From Albidovulum sp. (GTDB lineage Bacteria; Pseudomonadota; Alphaproteobacteria; Rhodobacterales; Rhodobacteraceae): DNA of 64,000 bases. A model generated the notes under the pieces. It saw only the letters and a program-made list of their open reading frames with translations, did not search any database and had not been told where the DNA came from. Where the stretch lies: positions 465,590-529,589 of the forward strand of contig JACKKB010000002.1 in NCBI GenBank assembly GCA_020637635.1, in the 5' to 3' direction. The position numbers were made by a program, and so were the translations under genes. This document shows, one piece after another, positions 12,546-21,951 of the stretch (position 1 is the stretch's first letter; each line of letters opens with the position of its first letter).

Positions 12546-12670
12546 TCCGTTCGACAGTGTCGCGCGAACTTGTGTATCGATTTCAACGACAATCGGCTCT
12601 TTTGACGTATTCTCGCCACTTTTCGAACCTAGTCAGACCCTGATCCGAGCGCCAGTTCCGAGACCCGAAC

Positions 12671-13522
12671 ATGACCCTTCACGAACCCGACCGCGACCGC
12701 ACCACTCGGCGGTCGCGCATCTATTCCGGGCGCTTTCGCCGCTCGCTCTTCGGTTCAGGCCTGCGCCATCCGGCGATCTACCTGCACCTGCCGAAATGCG
12801 GCGGCACCTCGCTCTCGGAGGCGCTCTACGCCACGGTTCCGATGCACAAGCGCATCGGCGTGATCGACGCGGTCTCGACCCGGCGCGCCGCGGCAATTCT
12901 CGAATTTGGCCTCGACGATGCCTGGAAATGCCACGACGACCTCGAATTCGGCGACCTGACGTTCGATCTGCGCGAGCGGATCCTGACCGCCCATTGCTGC
13001 TGGGACTCCCATCTCATCGCCGGTCACGTGCTCTTGAGCGAGCGTCTGCGGACGCAGTTCGTCGGCCGCTACAAGCTTCTCACCATCATGCGCGATCCGG
13101 TTGCGCGGGCGATCTCGAACTACCGCATGGCCGTGGTCGCCGGAATCGCCGATCCCGACCCCGAGGTCTGGCTCGCAAGTCCTATCGCACGGGCGCACAG
13201 CACCACCTTCCTGCGCTATCTCTCGGGCCAGAACCGCATCGCCGCAGAGCAAGAGCCGGCAGCACTCGACCGCGCGCTCTCGGCACTCGAGCTCTTTTCG
13301 CTGATCGGCTTTCTGGAGGATGTCGAGGGGCTCGTCAGGCGCTTCGAGGCAGTCTTCGGCGCCCGGCTGGTGCTGCACCGCTACAACGAGGCCAAAGGCG
13401 GCGAGGCGCGGCTGACGGCGGAGCAGATCGACCGGCTGCGGGTCATGTGCGCCTCCGATCAGGCACTCTACGACCGGGCGCGCGCGCTCATGGCGAAGGC
13501 GCCCGGCCATGCCGCAGCCTGA
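12671..13522 (+). CDS. PAPS-dependent sulfotransferase (Sulfotransfer_2-like)
   Basis: 5'-PSB motif YLHLPKCGGTSL and 3'-PB motif MRDPVARAISNY. Confidence 0.88.
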   Translation: MTLHEPDRDRTTRRSRIYSGRFRRSLFGSGLRHPAIYLHLPKCGGTSLSEALYATVPMHKRIGVIDAVSTRRAAAILEFGLDDAWKCHDDLEFGDLTFDLRERILTAHCCWDSHLIAGHVLLSERLRTQFVGRYKLLTIMRDPVARAISNYRMAVVAGIADPDPEVWLASPIARAHSTTFLRYLSGQNRIAAEQEPAALDRALSALELFSLIGFLEDVEGLVRRFEAVFGARLVLHRYNEAKGGEARLTAEQIDRLRVMCASDQALYDRARALMAKAPGHAAA

Positions 13523-14705
13523 CCCCGATCACGGACCGACCGTCGCCTATTTCGCCCATGACTGGGGCGATGCGGCGATCCGGCGCCGGGTCGCGGGCTT
13601 CAGGCGCGACGGGATGACGGTTGCCGGATTCGCGATGCACCGCGCCGAAGGCGACCGGCCGGACTGGGTCGTGGCCGACCTCGGACAGACCCATGACAAC
13701 CGCTACCTGCATCGCGCCCTCGCGATTGCGCGCGCGGCACGGCGGGCACAGGGGGCGGCGCTCGGCCATGCCGACGTGATCGTCGCGCGCAACCTCGACA
13801 TGCTCTTGGTCGCGCTTGCCGCGCGGCGGCGCGCCCGGCAGGCGACACCGGTCATCTACGAATGCCTCGACATCCATCGGCTGGTCGCGCGAGACGACGC
13901 CATCGGGCATGTCTTTCGCGGGATCGAAAGCCGCGCCCTCGGCCGGTGCGCGGGGTTCTGGGTCTCGTCGCCGGCCTTTCTCGAGCGGCATTTCGCGCCG
14001 TTCCATCCGACTGCCCGCGGGGGACGGCTGGTCGAGAACCGCCTGCAGGCGGCGCCGGGGCCGAGGCCCTGCGCCGCGGCACCCTCCTTGGCGGGCAGGC
14101 TCAGGATCGGCTGGTTCGGAAATCTGCGCTGCGCACGCTCGCTCGCGCTGCTTGCGGCGCTCGCCCGGGAGCATCGCGGGGCGGTCGAGATCGTGCTGCG
14201 CGGCTACCCTGCCACTGCCGAAATCCCCGACTTCGATCGCATCGTCGCCTCGACCCCCGGCCTTTCCTACGGCGGAAGGTATCGCTGGCCCGACGAGCTC
14301 GCTGAGATCTACGACGGGGTCGATGCCGTCTGGGCCGGCGACTTCATGGATGCGGGCAAGAATTCCGAATGGCTGTTGCCGAACCGGCTCTACGAGGGCG
14401 GCTGGTTTGGCTGCCCGCCGATTGCGCCCGCCGCGTCCCAGACCGGCGGATGGATCGCCGGGCGCGCCTGTGGCCTGACGCTTCCGGAGCCGCTCGAACG
14501 GAGCCTGCCGGCCCTCGTCGCCGCGCTCCTTGCCGATCGCGCGCCGCTCGACGCGGCCCGGAGCCGGCTCCTCGCACTGCCGGAGGAGACCTTCCTCGAA
14601 CCGCGCGGGACACTCGCATCCCTTGTCGCCGACGCGCTTGCCGGGAGGCAGCCGGGATCGCCGCCCGCTGCGCGCTGCGGGATCAGTACTGCGCCTTCGG
14701 CGTGA
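13509..14705 (+). CDS. exoL: Glycosyltransferase, ExoL-like
   Basis: Segments YFAHDWGDAAIRRRV, ARNLDML, YECLDIHRL, IGWFGNLRC and NSEWLLPNRLYEGG resemble succinoglycan ExoL. Confidence 0.82.
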   Translation: MPQPDPDHGPTVAYFAHDWGDAAIRRRVAGFRRDGMTVAGFAMHRAEGDRPDWVVADLGQTHDNRYLHRALAIARAARRAQGAALGHADVIVARNLDMLLVALAARRRARQATPVIYECLDIHRLVARDDAIGHVFRGIESRALGRCAGFWVSSPAFLERHFAPFHPTARGGRLVENRLQAAPGPRPCAAAPSLAGRLRIGWFGNLRCARSLALLAALAREHRGAVEIVLRGYPATAEIPDFDRIVASTPGLSYGGRYRWPDELAEIYDGVDAVWAGDFMDAGKNSEWLLPNRLYEGGWFGCPPIAPAASQTGGWIAGRACGLTLPEPLERSLPALVAALLADRAPLDAARSRLLALPEETFLEPRGTLASLVADALAGRQPGSPPAARCGISTAPSA

Positions 14706-15591
14706 CGCGCATCAGCCCGGCGGCGACGCCGACATGCATCACTCCGCGCCGCGCCCACCAGAGCCGCTTCGTCGGCGATGCCACATTGAGCGCGGCGACC
14801 GCAAAGCAGTAGCCGGCCTTGAGACCGGCAAGGCCGACGAGGCTCACGACCCTGACTGCCCCTGCCCCGCGGCGCGCCATCCCGCCGAAGACATTGCCGG
14901 CGTTGAAGCTGCGGCGGATGATCCAGCCGGGCCGGAGCCGGGCCGGGGCGACCTCCTCGTAGACTTCGGCGGTCTCGCAGATGCCGAGGCTGGCGCCAAG
15001 TGCCCAGAGGCGGTGGAAGTAGTCGGTATCCTCGCCTCCGGTCCGTCCCTTCGCGAGGTCGAAGCGCAGGGCCCGGAAAGCCGGATTGCGCAGATCGACG
15101 AGCGCGTTGCAGGTGTGACCGGTCTGCACCACGCCGCCGCGCCGCACGGGCCGGTTGGAGTGAAAGTCGCCCTTCACCATGTGGCTCGGGGCGCCGTCGG
15201 GATAGCGCGCGATCGCCGGGCCGAAGACCGCATCGCGGCGGTCCTGCCGGGCGGTGGCGAGCAGTTGCAGGAGCCAGGCCGGATCGGCTGTCTCGTCATC
15301 GTCTATCCAGGCCACCAGATCGGCGCTCGCGTGATCGAGGCAGGCATTGCGCGCCACCGAGATGTTGCGCTCGGGCGCATGGATGTAAAGAACCGGCAGC
15401 GCCGGGCTGTCGAAGCCGGCCACGAGATCGCGGGCGCTCGCGGTTGTGTCGTTGTCGGCGACGATGACGCGCAGCCGTCGCAGCCCGGCAGGCCGCCGGA
15501 GCGCTTGCAGCGAGCGGAGCGTCGCGGCCAGCTGCGGCCGCCGGAAGGTGCACAGGCAGATGTCGATGCTGAGTGCCGGCGCCTCGGTCAT
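14683..15591 (-). CDS. exoM: GT2 glycosyltransferase, ExoM-like
   Basis: Segments IDICLCTFRR, NISVARNACLD, WIDDDE and GGEDTDYF. Confidence 0.85.
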   Translation of the reverse strand: MTEAPALSIDICLCTFRRPQLAATLRSLQALRRPAGLRRLRVIVADNDTTASARDLVAGFDSPALPVLYIHAPERNISVARNACLDHASADLVAWIDDDETADPAWLLQLLATARQDRRDAVFGPAIARYPDGAPSHMVKGDFHSNRPVRRGGVVQTGHTCNALVDLRNPAFRALRFDLAKGRTGGEDTDYFHRLWALGASLGICETAEVYEEVAPARLRPGWIIRRSFNAGNVFGGMARRGAGAVRVVSLVGLAGLKAGYCFAVAALNVASPTKRLWWARRGVMHVGVAAGLMRVTPKAQY

Positions 15592-15595
15592 CGCA

Positions 15596-16696
15596 TCATC
15601 CCGCATGCAGTCGCGGAGCGGGTGCCAGACGGCGGCCCCCGAGGATCCGCTGCATGAAACCGAGCCCCCAGGCCAGGTGGATCGCGGCCAGGGCGGGCCC
15701 TGCCCAGAGCCCGTCGATACTGCGCAGCCCGATCGCTGCCGCCACCGAGGTCCCCGCCAGCACGGTGAGGTAGAGCGTCGGCCAGACAAGCGCGAGCGGC
15801 GTCAGCGGCGCGGCCGCGAGAGACAGCGCCAGAAGCCAGGTGTTCAGCACCGGCACGATCTGGCGCAGGCGCGGCACGATGCGGTGCTTGCTGAGCGTGT
15901 TCGCGCGGCCGCGCCCGTAGTTCCAGTACTGGCGCCAGAGCGCTCCGAACGTCGGGCGCATCGCATAGGCGATCCGGGTGCGGTCGGTCAGCCAGATCCT
16001 GCCCCCGGCGCGGGTCAGGCGCAGATCGAACTCGGCGTCCTCGTTGTGGCTGATCGTCGGATCGTAGCCGCCGACACGGCGGAACCAGCCGAGATCGAAG
16101 GCCGCGTGATGGCCATGGTCGACAAACTGTGCCTTGCGCCCGCCCCGATGCGCCGACCCGCCGGAGCCGAGCGGCGTGTCGACGATCCATGCCGCGGCGC
16201 GCTGGAATCCGCAGCCGCCCGTGGCGTCCATCGCCGTCACGACCGACGCCGCCCCGACGCGGGCGAGCTCTTGTGCGAGCGCGCCAATATAGCCCGGCGG
16301 ATAGATGGCGTGCACGTCGCAGCGCACCAGAACCCGGTGCGAGGATCCGGCGCATCGCGCCACGGCAAGGTTGACGCCGGCCGACTGCAGGCGCCCGCGG
16401 TTCTCGATCAGCCTGAGGTTCGCGAATTCGCCCATCAGGCGGGAAACGATCTCTTGCGTGCCATCGGCGCTGCCGCCGTCGGCGATGACCACCCGGCAAC
16501 CCGACACCCAGCCGCGCGGCCGCATGAGTGAACGGATGCAGGTTTCGATATGGGCGGCCTCGTTCAGCGCCGGCAGGACGACGAGGATTTCGGTGGGGTT
16601 TACGGCGGAGTATTCGGCTGGGGGTGCGGCGGGATCCAGGGCGGGCGCGGCCCGCTCAGTTCCGGTTCTTCCCGGTGAGACTGTCGCGGCTGTCAT
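15596..16696 (-). CDS. exoA: GT2 glycosyltransferase, ExoA-like
   Basis: Segments VLPALNEAAHI, ADGGSADGT, LQSAGVNLA, VDHGHHAAF, GGYDPTISHNEDAEFDLRL and QYWNYGRGRA. Confidence 0.88.
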   Translation of the reverse strand: MTAATVSPGRTGTERAAPALDPAAPPAEYSAVNPTEILVVLPALNEAAHIETCIRSLMRPRGWVSGCRVVIADGGSADGTQEIVSRLMGEFANLRLIENRGRLQSAGVNLAVARCAGSSHRVLVRCDVHAIYPPGYIGALAQELARVGAASVVTAMDATGGCGFQRAAAWIVDTPLGSGGSAHRGGRKAQFVDHGHHAAFDLGWFRRVGGYDPTISHNEDAEFDLRLTRAGGRIWLTDRTRIAYAMRPTFGALWRQYWNYGRGRANTLSKHRIVPRLRQIVPVLNTWLLALSLAAAPLTPLALVWPTLYLTVLAGTSVAAAIGLRSIDGLWAGPALAAIHLAWGLGFMQRILGGRRLAPAPRLHAG

Positions 16697-16853
16697 CGCG
16701 CGATCCGCGCAGAAGCAGAGCGATGATGACGGTCGCAATCGGTCCGCCGAGAAAGAAGGCGGCCAGCGTCGGCCAAACGCCGCCGCCTGTCGCGTAGGCG
16801 CCGGCGGCGAAGAGGCAGCTCAGCACCGGCAGTAAAAGTGGCAGCCCCCGCAT
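16656..16853 (-). CDS. Small hypothetical membrane protein (65 aa, two TM segments)
   Basis: Hydrophobic sequence; purine-rich RBS (GGGGGAA) before the ATG; AT-rich promoter-like region upstream; stop overlaps the exoA start region. Confidence 0.55.
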   Translation of the reverse strand: MRGLPLLLPVLSCLFAAGAYATGGGVWPTLAAFFLGGPIATVIIALLLRGSRDDSRDSLTGKNRN

Positions 16854-17010
16854 GCCATTCCCCCCAGACCCAGTGGGGAGGAACTATAGATTGTAACCTG
16901 GAAAATGTAATCACCATTCGGCAGCTCCTCGTCGGGCGCTTGGCGCGGCAACCCGCTGCGCGGCGCCGCCCGTCCCTGCGCGGTTTGGGTTCTTGCAGAA
17001 AGGCGGGCGC

Positions 17011-17703
17011 CTAGTAGGCGCCGTGACCGTTGATCAGCACGCGGACGGTGCGCAGGATGAGGTGCATGTCGGTCGGGAAAGAGCAGGTCGCGACATAGCG
17101 GCTGTCGAGTTCGACACGTTTGCCGAACGACAGGTCGCTGCGGCCGGAGACCTGCCAGAGACCGGTGATTCCAGGGCGCGCCGCCTTGTAGTGGCCTGCA
17201 TGCTTGCCATAGTCGCGCAGTTCCTCCAGCGTCAGCGGGCGCGGTCCGACCACGCTCATGTCGCCACGCAGCACGTTCAGGAACTGCGGCAGTTCGTCGA
17301 GGCTCGACTTGCGCAGGAAGGCCCCGACGATCGGGATCACGCGCGGGTCGTTCTTCAGTTTGCGGTGCCGCGCAAACTCGGCCCGTGCCTCGGGGTCTCG
17401 GGCGAGATGATCGTCGAGCACCCGGTCGGCATCCGCGACCATTGTGCGGAACTTCAGGCAGGGGAAGGACTTGCCGCCGAAGCCGATTCGGGTGTGGCGA
17501 AAGAACACCGGCCCCGGCGCGACGAAATAGATCACGAGCGGCAGCAGCAGGAAGAAAGGCAGGGCGCTGGCGATCGCGACGAGACTGAAGGCCACATCGA
17601 ACAGGCGCTTCAAAGTGCCACCAACAGGCGAACTTGCACGGGCGGGCGTCGCGGCTGCGAAGGCGACTTCGCAAGCCTCTCCCTTAGGCTGAACTACTGC
17701 CAT
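17011..17703 (-). CDS. exoY: Priming undecaprenyl-phosphate sugar-1-phosphate transferase, ExoY-like
   Basis: Motifs [52 protein letters not shown] and [12 protein letters not shown]. Confidence 0.94.
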   Translation of the reverse strand: MAVVQPKGEACEVAFAAATPARASSPVGGTLKRLFDVAFSLVAIASALPFFLLLPLVIYFVAPGPVFFRHTRIGFGGKSFPCLKFRTMVADADRVLDDHLARDPEARAEFARHRKLKNDPRVIPIVGAFLRKSSLDELPQFLNVLRGDMSVVGPRPLTLEELRDYGKHAGHYKAARPGITGLWQVSGRSDLSFGKRVELDSRYVATCSFPTDMHLILRTVRVLINGHGAY

Positions 17704-18226
17704 CGTGATATCCCCCCGGATGCGTGGCTTCGGCGTATGCATCTACGTTAATTGGGCAAAAGTGTCGAAACTATGGCGTGTGAAGCGAGGGATTGAACCA
17801 TCCCCGGTTGCGAATTTCACGCTGGCGGATTCTTGCCGATCTCTGGCGCAGCCTTCCGCCGAAAGACCAAGAATCGTGGCGGAATGCCAACTTCCGGCGT
17901 CTCGCCGCGCGTGGTGGAGCCGGTCCGCCCCCCCCCGGCCGCGCTGCCGCCCGTTCCCAAATTCAGCCGCATTTCGCCTTTAGGTTCGAAACAATATGGC
18001 AAGAGGCTCAGGCCGGTGGGAACCGCCGTCCGGGGCATCCGACGCTCGCCGTCGCGCGCGTTCCGGCCGCACCTTGAAGGAGAACCGCACCGATGGTGAT
18101 TCTGTTCGTCGCCGGGCGTCCGGCCCATGCAGCCGGCGGGCATCTCGGACGTGCCCCGACGCAGGCGACATGCCTTGCGGCAGGTATCCGTCGGGGCGCC
18201 AGATCGTGAAGGGCGCGGCCTCGGTC

Positions 18227-19624
18227 ATGATCCCCGGTCTCTTCGCGCGCGCGTCCGGTTCGGAGACGATGCGGGCGAGCTTCGCGGCGGGCCTCATGGT
18301 GGCGGTCCGGGTGGTCGGCACCCTCGGGACGCTGGTCTATACGGTGCTCATGGCACGGCTGATGACGCCGCACGATTTCGGTCTCGCCTGGACACTCTGG
18401 TCGGCCGTCTTCATCGCCTCCTATCTCAGCACGCTGAACATCGGCGCGACCGCGATTCGCGAGGTCGTGCACGCGCGCGCGACCGGCAACGACGCGGCCG
18501 CAGCCGGTTTCATCGTCGTCAGCCGCCGCATCCTTCTGGCGGTTTCGGGCCCGGTCATCGCCGGCTTCATCGCGGTCGTGTGGTGGCGCAACCCGGCGAT
18601 CGTGGCCGAGCATCCGCTGGCGCTCTGGCTGGCCGCCGCGACGATCCCGGTCATGGGCTGGAACGCGACGAATTCGGCGCAGGCCGCCGCGCTCGATCAG
18701 GTCGTGCGCAGCCAGGTTCCGGGCATGCTGCTGCGGCCGCTGGCCTTCACCCTCGCGCTCGGCGCGATGTGGACGTTGAAGATGGCAGCCGGTCTCGAGA
18801 CGGTCATCGCACTCTACCTCTTCATCGCGGTGATGATCGCGCTCGTGCAGATCAAGCTCGTCTGGCCGTATTTCGGCTTCGTCCGATCGGCCAAGCCGGA
18901 CGTGTCAGCCTGGCGGCACTGGGTTCTTGGAGGTCTCCTGCTGGCGCCGGGACGGCTCCTGGCCGACCGGCTCAAGGACCTCCTCGTGCTGATCAGTGCG
19001 TTTCCGCTCGGCGCCATCGGGGTCGCGCAGATCGCCGTCGCGCTCAGCCTCATCAACTTCCTGAACTTCGCGATCAACGCGGTGGAGACCTCGTTCTCGC
19101 CCAAGACCGCGCGCAGCCTCACGCGCGGACTGGCCGAGGGCGTGGCCCCCCGCGACATGCGGCGCGCGATCCACTTCATCGCGATCACCGGGGTTCTGAA
19201 GATGGCGATGGTGGCGGGCGCCGTCACCGCGCTCTGGTTCCTGCTGCCGCTCATCGTGCGGCTCTTCGGGCAGGAATACGAAGCCGCCGCCCCTGCCGCC
19301 TGGTGCTTCGTGCTGATTCCCGCTTCAAACGCCTTCTTCGGCAACACGAGCCTCGTGATGCAGATCTTCGACCAGCGCGCCGAGTTCTTCCTGACCAGCC
19401 TTCTCGCGCTGTGCGTGCTGCCGCTCGTCGGGATCTTCGGCGTGCCGCTTCTCATCGCGCGGGGGGGCGACCCGCTGGTCGCAACCTCCGCGTCCTTCGC
19501 GCTGACGCTTGTCGCCTTGCAGGCGCTGCGCTGGGCACTCTGCCTGTGGCGAACCGGGATCGACGTCTCGTTCGCCGGGGCGCTGGTGCGGCGCGCGCTT
19601 CTGAACCGGGCGGGCGGGCGATGA
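18227..19624 (+). CDS. Polysaccharide flippase (Wzx/MOP family)
   Basis: About 12 TM segments; N-terminal LMARLMTPHDFG motif typical of Wzx. Start uncertain (GTG 18206 or ATG 18227). Confidence 0.8.
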   Translation: MIPGLFARASGSETMRASFAAGLMVAVRVVGTLGTLVYTVLMARLMTPHDFGLAWTLWSAVFIASYLSTLNIGATAIREVVHARATGNDAAAAGFIVVSRRILLAVSGPVIAGFIAVVWWRNPAIVAEHPLALWLAAATIPVMGWNATNSAQAAALDQVVRSQVPGMLLRPLAFTLALGAMWTLKMAAGLETVIALYLFIAVMIALVQIKLVWPYFGFVRSAKPDVSAWRHWVLGGLLLAPGRLLADRLKDLLVLISAFPLGAIGVAQIAVALSLINFLNFAINAVETSFSPKTARSLTRGLAEGVAPRDMRRAIHFIAITGVLKMAMVAGAVTALWFLLPLIVRLFGQEYEAAAPAAWCFVLIPASNAFFGNTSLVMQIFDQRAEFFLTSLLALCVLPLVGIFGVPLLIARGGDPLVATSASFALTLVALQALRWALCLWRTGIDVSFAGALVRRALLNRAGGR

Positions 19625-19724
19625 CAGAGGGAATCCACCATCCCTCCGCCGGCAGCCGCGGTGCCGGGGGAATGCCGTTGGCGGGGGAGGCCGGTCTTCA
19701 ACATTCACTCGGGGAACGCGGAGC

Positions 19725-20714
19725 ATGAAGCTTTTCTTCTGCAAGGTCGACGGCGGCAACTTCGGCGACGACATGAACGAATGGTTCTGGGACGCCCTGT
19801 TCCCGGACTATCGCCGGCTTGCCCCCGAGGCGACGATGTTCGGGATCGGCAGCATCCTCTGGCGCGACAACCTCGCCGGGCACGCGCGCGTGGTCGTGAT
19901 GGGCAGCGGCTCGGGCTATGGCGTCATCCCGAACCGGATCCCGGACAACACCGGGATCGGTTTCGTGCGCGGTCCAAGGACGGCGCGGCTCCTCGGTCTC
20001 GAACGCGACGCCGCGATCACCGATCCTGCCGCCATGGTCTCGACGCTCGCCGAGTTCCAGGACGTCCGGTCGAGCGGCGATGTGGTCTTCGTCCCCCATG
20101 TCGGCACCGCCAAGCTGCCCCTTGGCTGGGGGCGGCTCACGGCGCGGGCCGGGGTCCGGTTCGTCTCGCCCGCGCAGGACGCGCGGGCGGTCATCGCGGC
20201 GATCGCCGGGGCGCGGCTCGTGCTTGCCGAATCGCTGCACGGCGCGATCATCGCCGATGCCTTCCGGGTGCCCTGGGTGCCGCTCGCGATCTCGCCCACG
20301 TTCAACGCGCACAAGTGGTTCGACTGGTCGGAGTCGCTCGAGACCGAGATCGGGTTCGAGGAGTTTCTGGGCGGGCTGAAGACGGCACGCGCGCTCGCGG
20401 CCCGGCTGCGGCGCCTCGGCGGCAGGGGCACGGGCGCGCAGGAGCGGAAGCCCCGGGTCGCGGGCACGCATGTGGCCCCGGCCTTTTCGCAGGACGCCAA
20501 GCAATCCGCCCGCAAATGGGTGGCAAAGCTCGCACCGGTGGTCGAGGCGATGCTGGTGCGCGATCTCCTGCGCGCCCGGAAGGCGCGGCACTTCCTGAGC
20601 CCCGATACCGTGCTCCGCCAGCGGCAATCGCAGATCACGGCGCGCATCGCCGAGGTCGGCGACCGGCTGACGGCCGAGGGTGCCCGACCTCGCGCTATCG
20701 CCGCGCGAGGCTGA
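19725..20714 (+). CDS. exoV: Polysaccharide pyruvyltransferase, ExoV-like
   Basis: Motifs GNFGDDMNEWFW, GIGSIL, VRGPRTA, TDPA and ESLHGAIIADAFRVPW. Confidence 0.9.
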   Translation: MKLFFCKVDGGNFGDDMNEWFWDALFPDYRRLAPEATMFGIGSILWRDNLAGHARVVVMGSGSGYGVIPNRIPDNTGIGFVRGPRTARLLGLERDAAITDPAAMVSTLAEFQDVRSSGDVVFVPHVGTAKLPLGWGRLTARAGVRFVSPAQDARAVIAAIAGARLVLAESLHGAIIADAFRVPWVPLAISPTFNAHKWFDWSESLETEIGFEEFLGGLKTARALAARLRRLGGRGTGAQERKPRVAGTHVAPAFSQDAKQSARKWVAKLAPVVEAMLVRDLLRARKARHFLSPDTVLRQRQSQITARIAEVGDRLTAEGARPRAIAARG

Positions 20715-21951
20715 TCCGCGACGAGACGCCGAAGGCGATCAGGATCACGATGGCGTTCTCGTGCTGGCAGTAGAGCAGCGGGTTGAAGAGCGCGACGCCG
20801 ATCAGGGCGGCGAAGAAGGCCAACATCGCCGCTCCCTCGACATCGCGCCGGGCGAGATAGGCGCGCAGGCAGAGGAACGCGGCACCGCCGATCGTCAGGC
20901 CGATGCCGACGAGACCCGGGACGCCGGTGCCGACCCAGACATCCAGAATGAAATCGTGGAAACTGATCAGCCCCGTTCCGAAGCTGTTCTGTATACGGTC
21001 GACGGCACGAAAGGCGCCGCTGTCCCAATAGGCGTCGAAGCCGACCCCAAGCCAGGGCGCGGTGTCGATCTGGCGGCCGGCGATGGCCCAGAGCGAGGTG
21101 CGGCCGGTGAGGTTGGAGCTCTTGCCAAAGGCGTTCAACACACCGCCGACGGGATCGACGTCGCCGAAGGCGAGTAGAGCGCAGCCGCCGATGAAGGCCA
21201 GGCTGCCGGCCAGGGCGATGGCGAGCCGCGTGGAGGTGCGATAGCCCGGCATCGTCAGGGCGACGAAGAGTCCGGCCGCCGCAATCATCACGATCGCCGA
21301 GGTGGCCGATTTCGAGAGAAGGAGCGCAAGCCCCGCCATCGCCAGGAGGCCGAGGAGAGCGGCGCGCCCGAGCGGCCGCTGTCTGGTGCCGAGCATGAGC
21401 GCCAGTGCCGCAAGCGCGAGCAGCATCGCCATCCGCCCGAGCGTGTTCTTGTTGCTGAAGATGCCGAGAAGACCGCCGCCATCGGCGAAGACCGCCCCGA
21501 ACATGCCGGTGGCATAGTTCACCAGCGAGAGCGCAACGAGCGGCGCAAGTCCGCCGAGGATCGCAAGGATGATCGCTCCCGGCCGGTAACGCCAGCCGAG
21601 CCAGATGCCCATGAGATAGGTGACGCTCAGCTGCATCCCGGAATAGAGCGTGTGGCCGGGTTCGATCGACCATGTCGCCGAGAGTAGCGCCGCCGCCGGA
21701 TAGGCGAAGAGCGCGATGTTGTCGCGCACCGCGATCATGAGCGGGCGGAAGTTCGTGGCGAACTTCAGCGCGAGCATCGCATAGAGCATGGCCCAGAGCA
21801 GCAGCGGCGGCAGAAAGCGATAGACGCCCTGGCTGCCGGCAATGATGATGAGCGTGGCGAAGCCGAGATCGTAGAGCGCCTCGAGCGCCACGACAGATGC
21901 GGACTTGCGCCGCGCGGCCGAGGTCGACCGGACTGCGGGCGCGACCGTCAT
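20695..21951 (-). CDS. O-antigen ligase/Wzy-family polymerase (ExoQ-like)
   Basis: Multi-TM protein with GIFSNKNTLG, LSKSATS, NLTGRTSLW, PWLGVGFDAYW and FHDFILD. Confidence 0.85.
   Translation of the reverse strand: MTVAPAVRSTSAARRKSASVVALEALYDLGFATLIIIAGSQGVYRFLPPLLLWAMLYAMLALKFATNFRPLMIAVRDNIALFAYPAAALLSATWSIEPGHTLYSGMQLSVTYLMGIWLGWRYRPGAIILAILGGLAPLVALSLVNYATGMFGAVFADGGGLLGIFSNKNTLGRMAMLLALAALALMLGTRQRPLGRAALLGLLAMAGLALLLSKSATSAIVMIAAAGLFVALTMPGYRTSTRLAIALAGSLAFIGGCALLAFGDVDPVGGVLNAFGKSSNLTGRTSLWAIAGRQIDTAPWLGVGFDAYWDSGAFRAVDRIQNSFGTGLISFHDFILDVWVGTGVPGLVGIGLTIGGAAFLCLRAYLARRDVEGAAMLAFFAALIGVALFNPLLYCQHENAIVILIAFGVSSRISLARR

Noticed and set aside
11761-13617. 618-aa plus-strand ORF
   Set aside because: A chance open frame that passes through ROK pseudogene fragments and overlaps the sulfotransferase out of frame. 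It is not a coherent protein.
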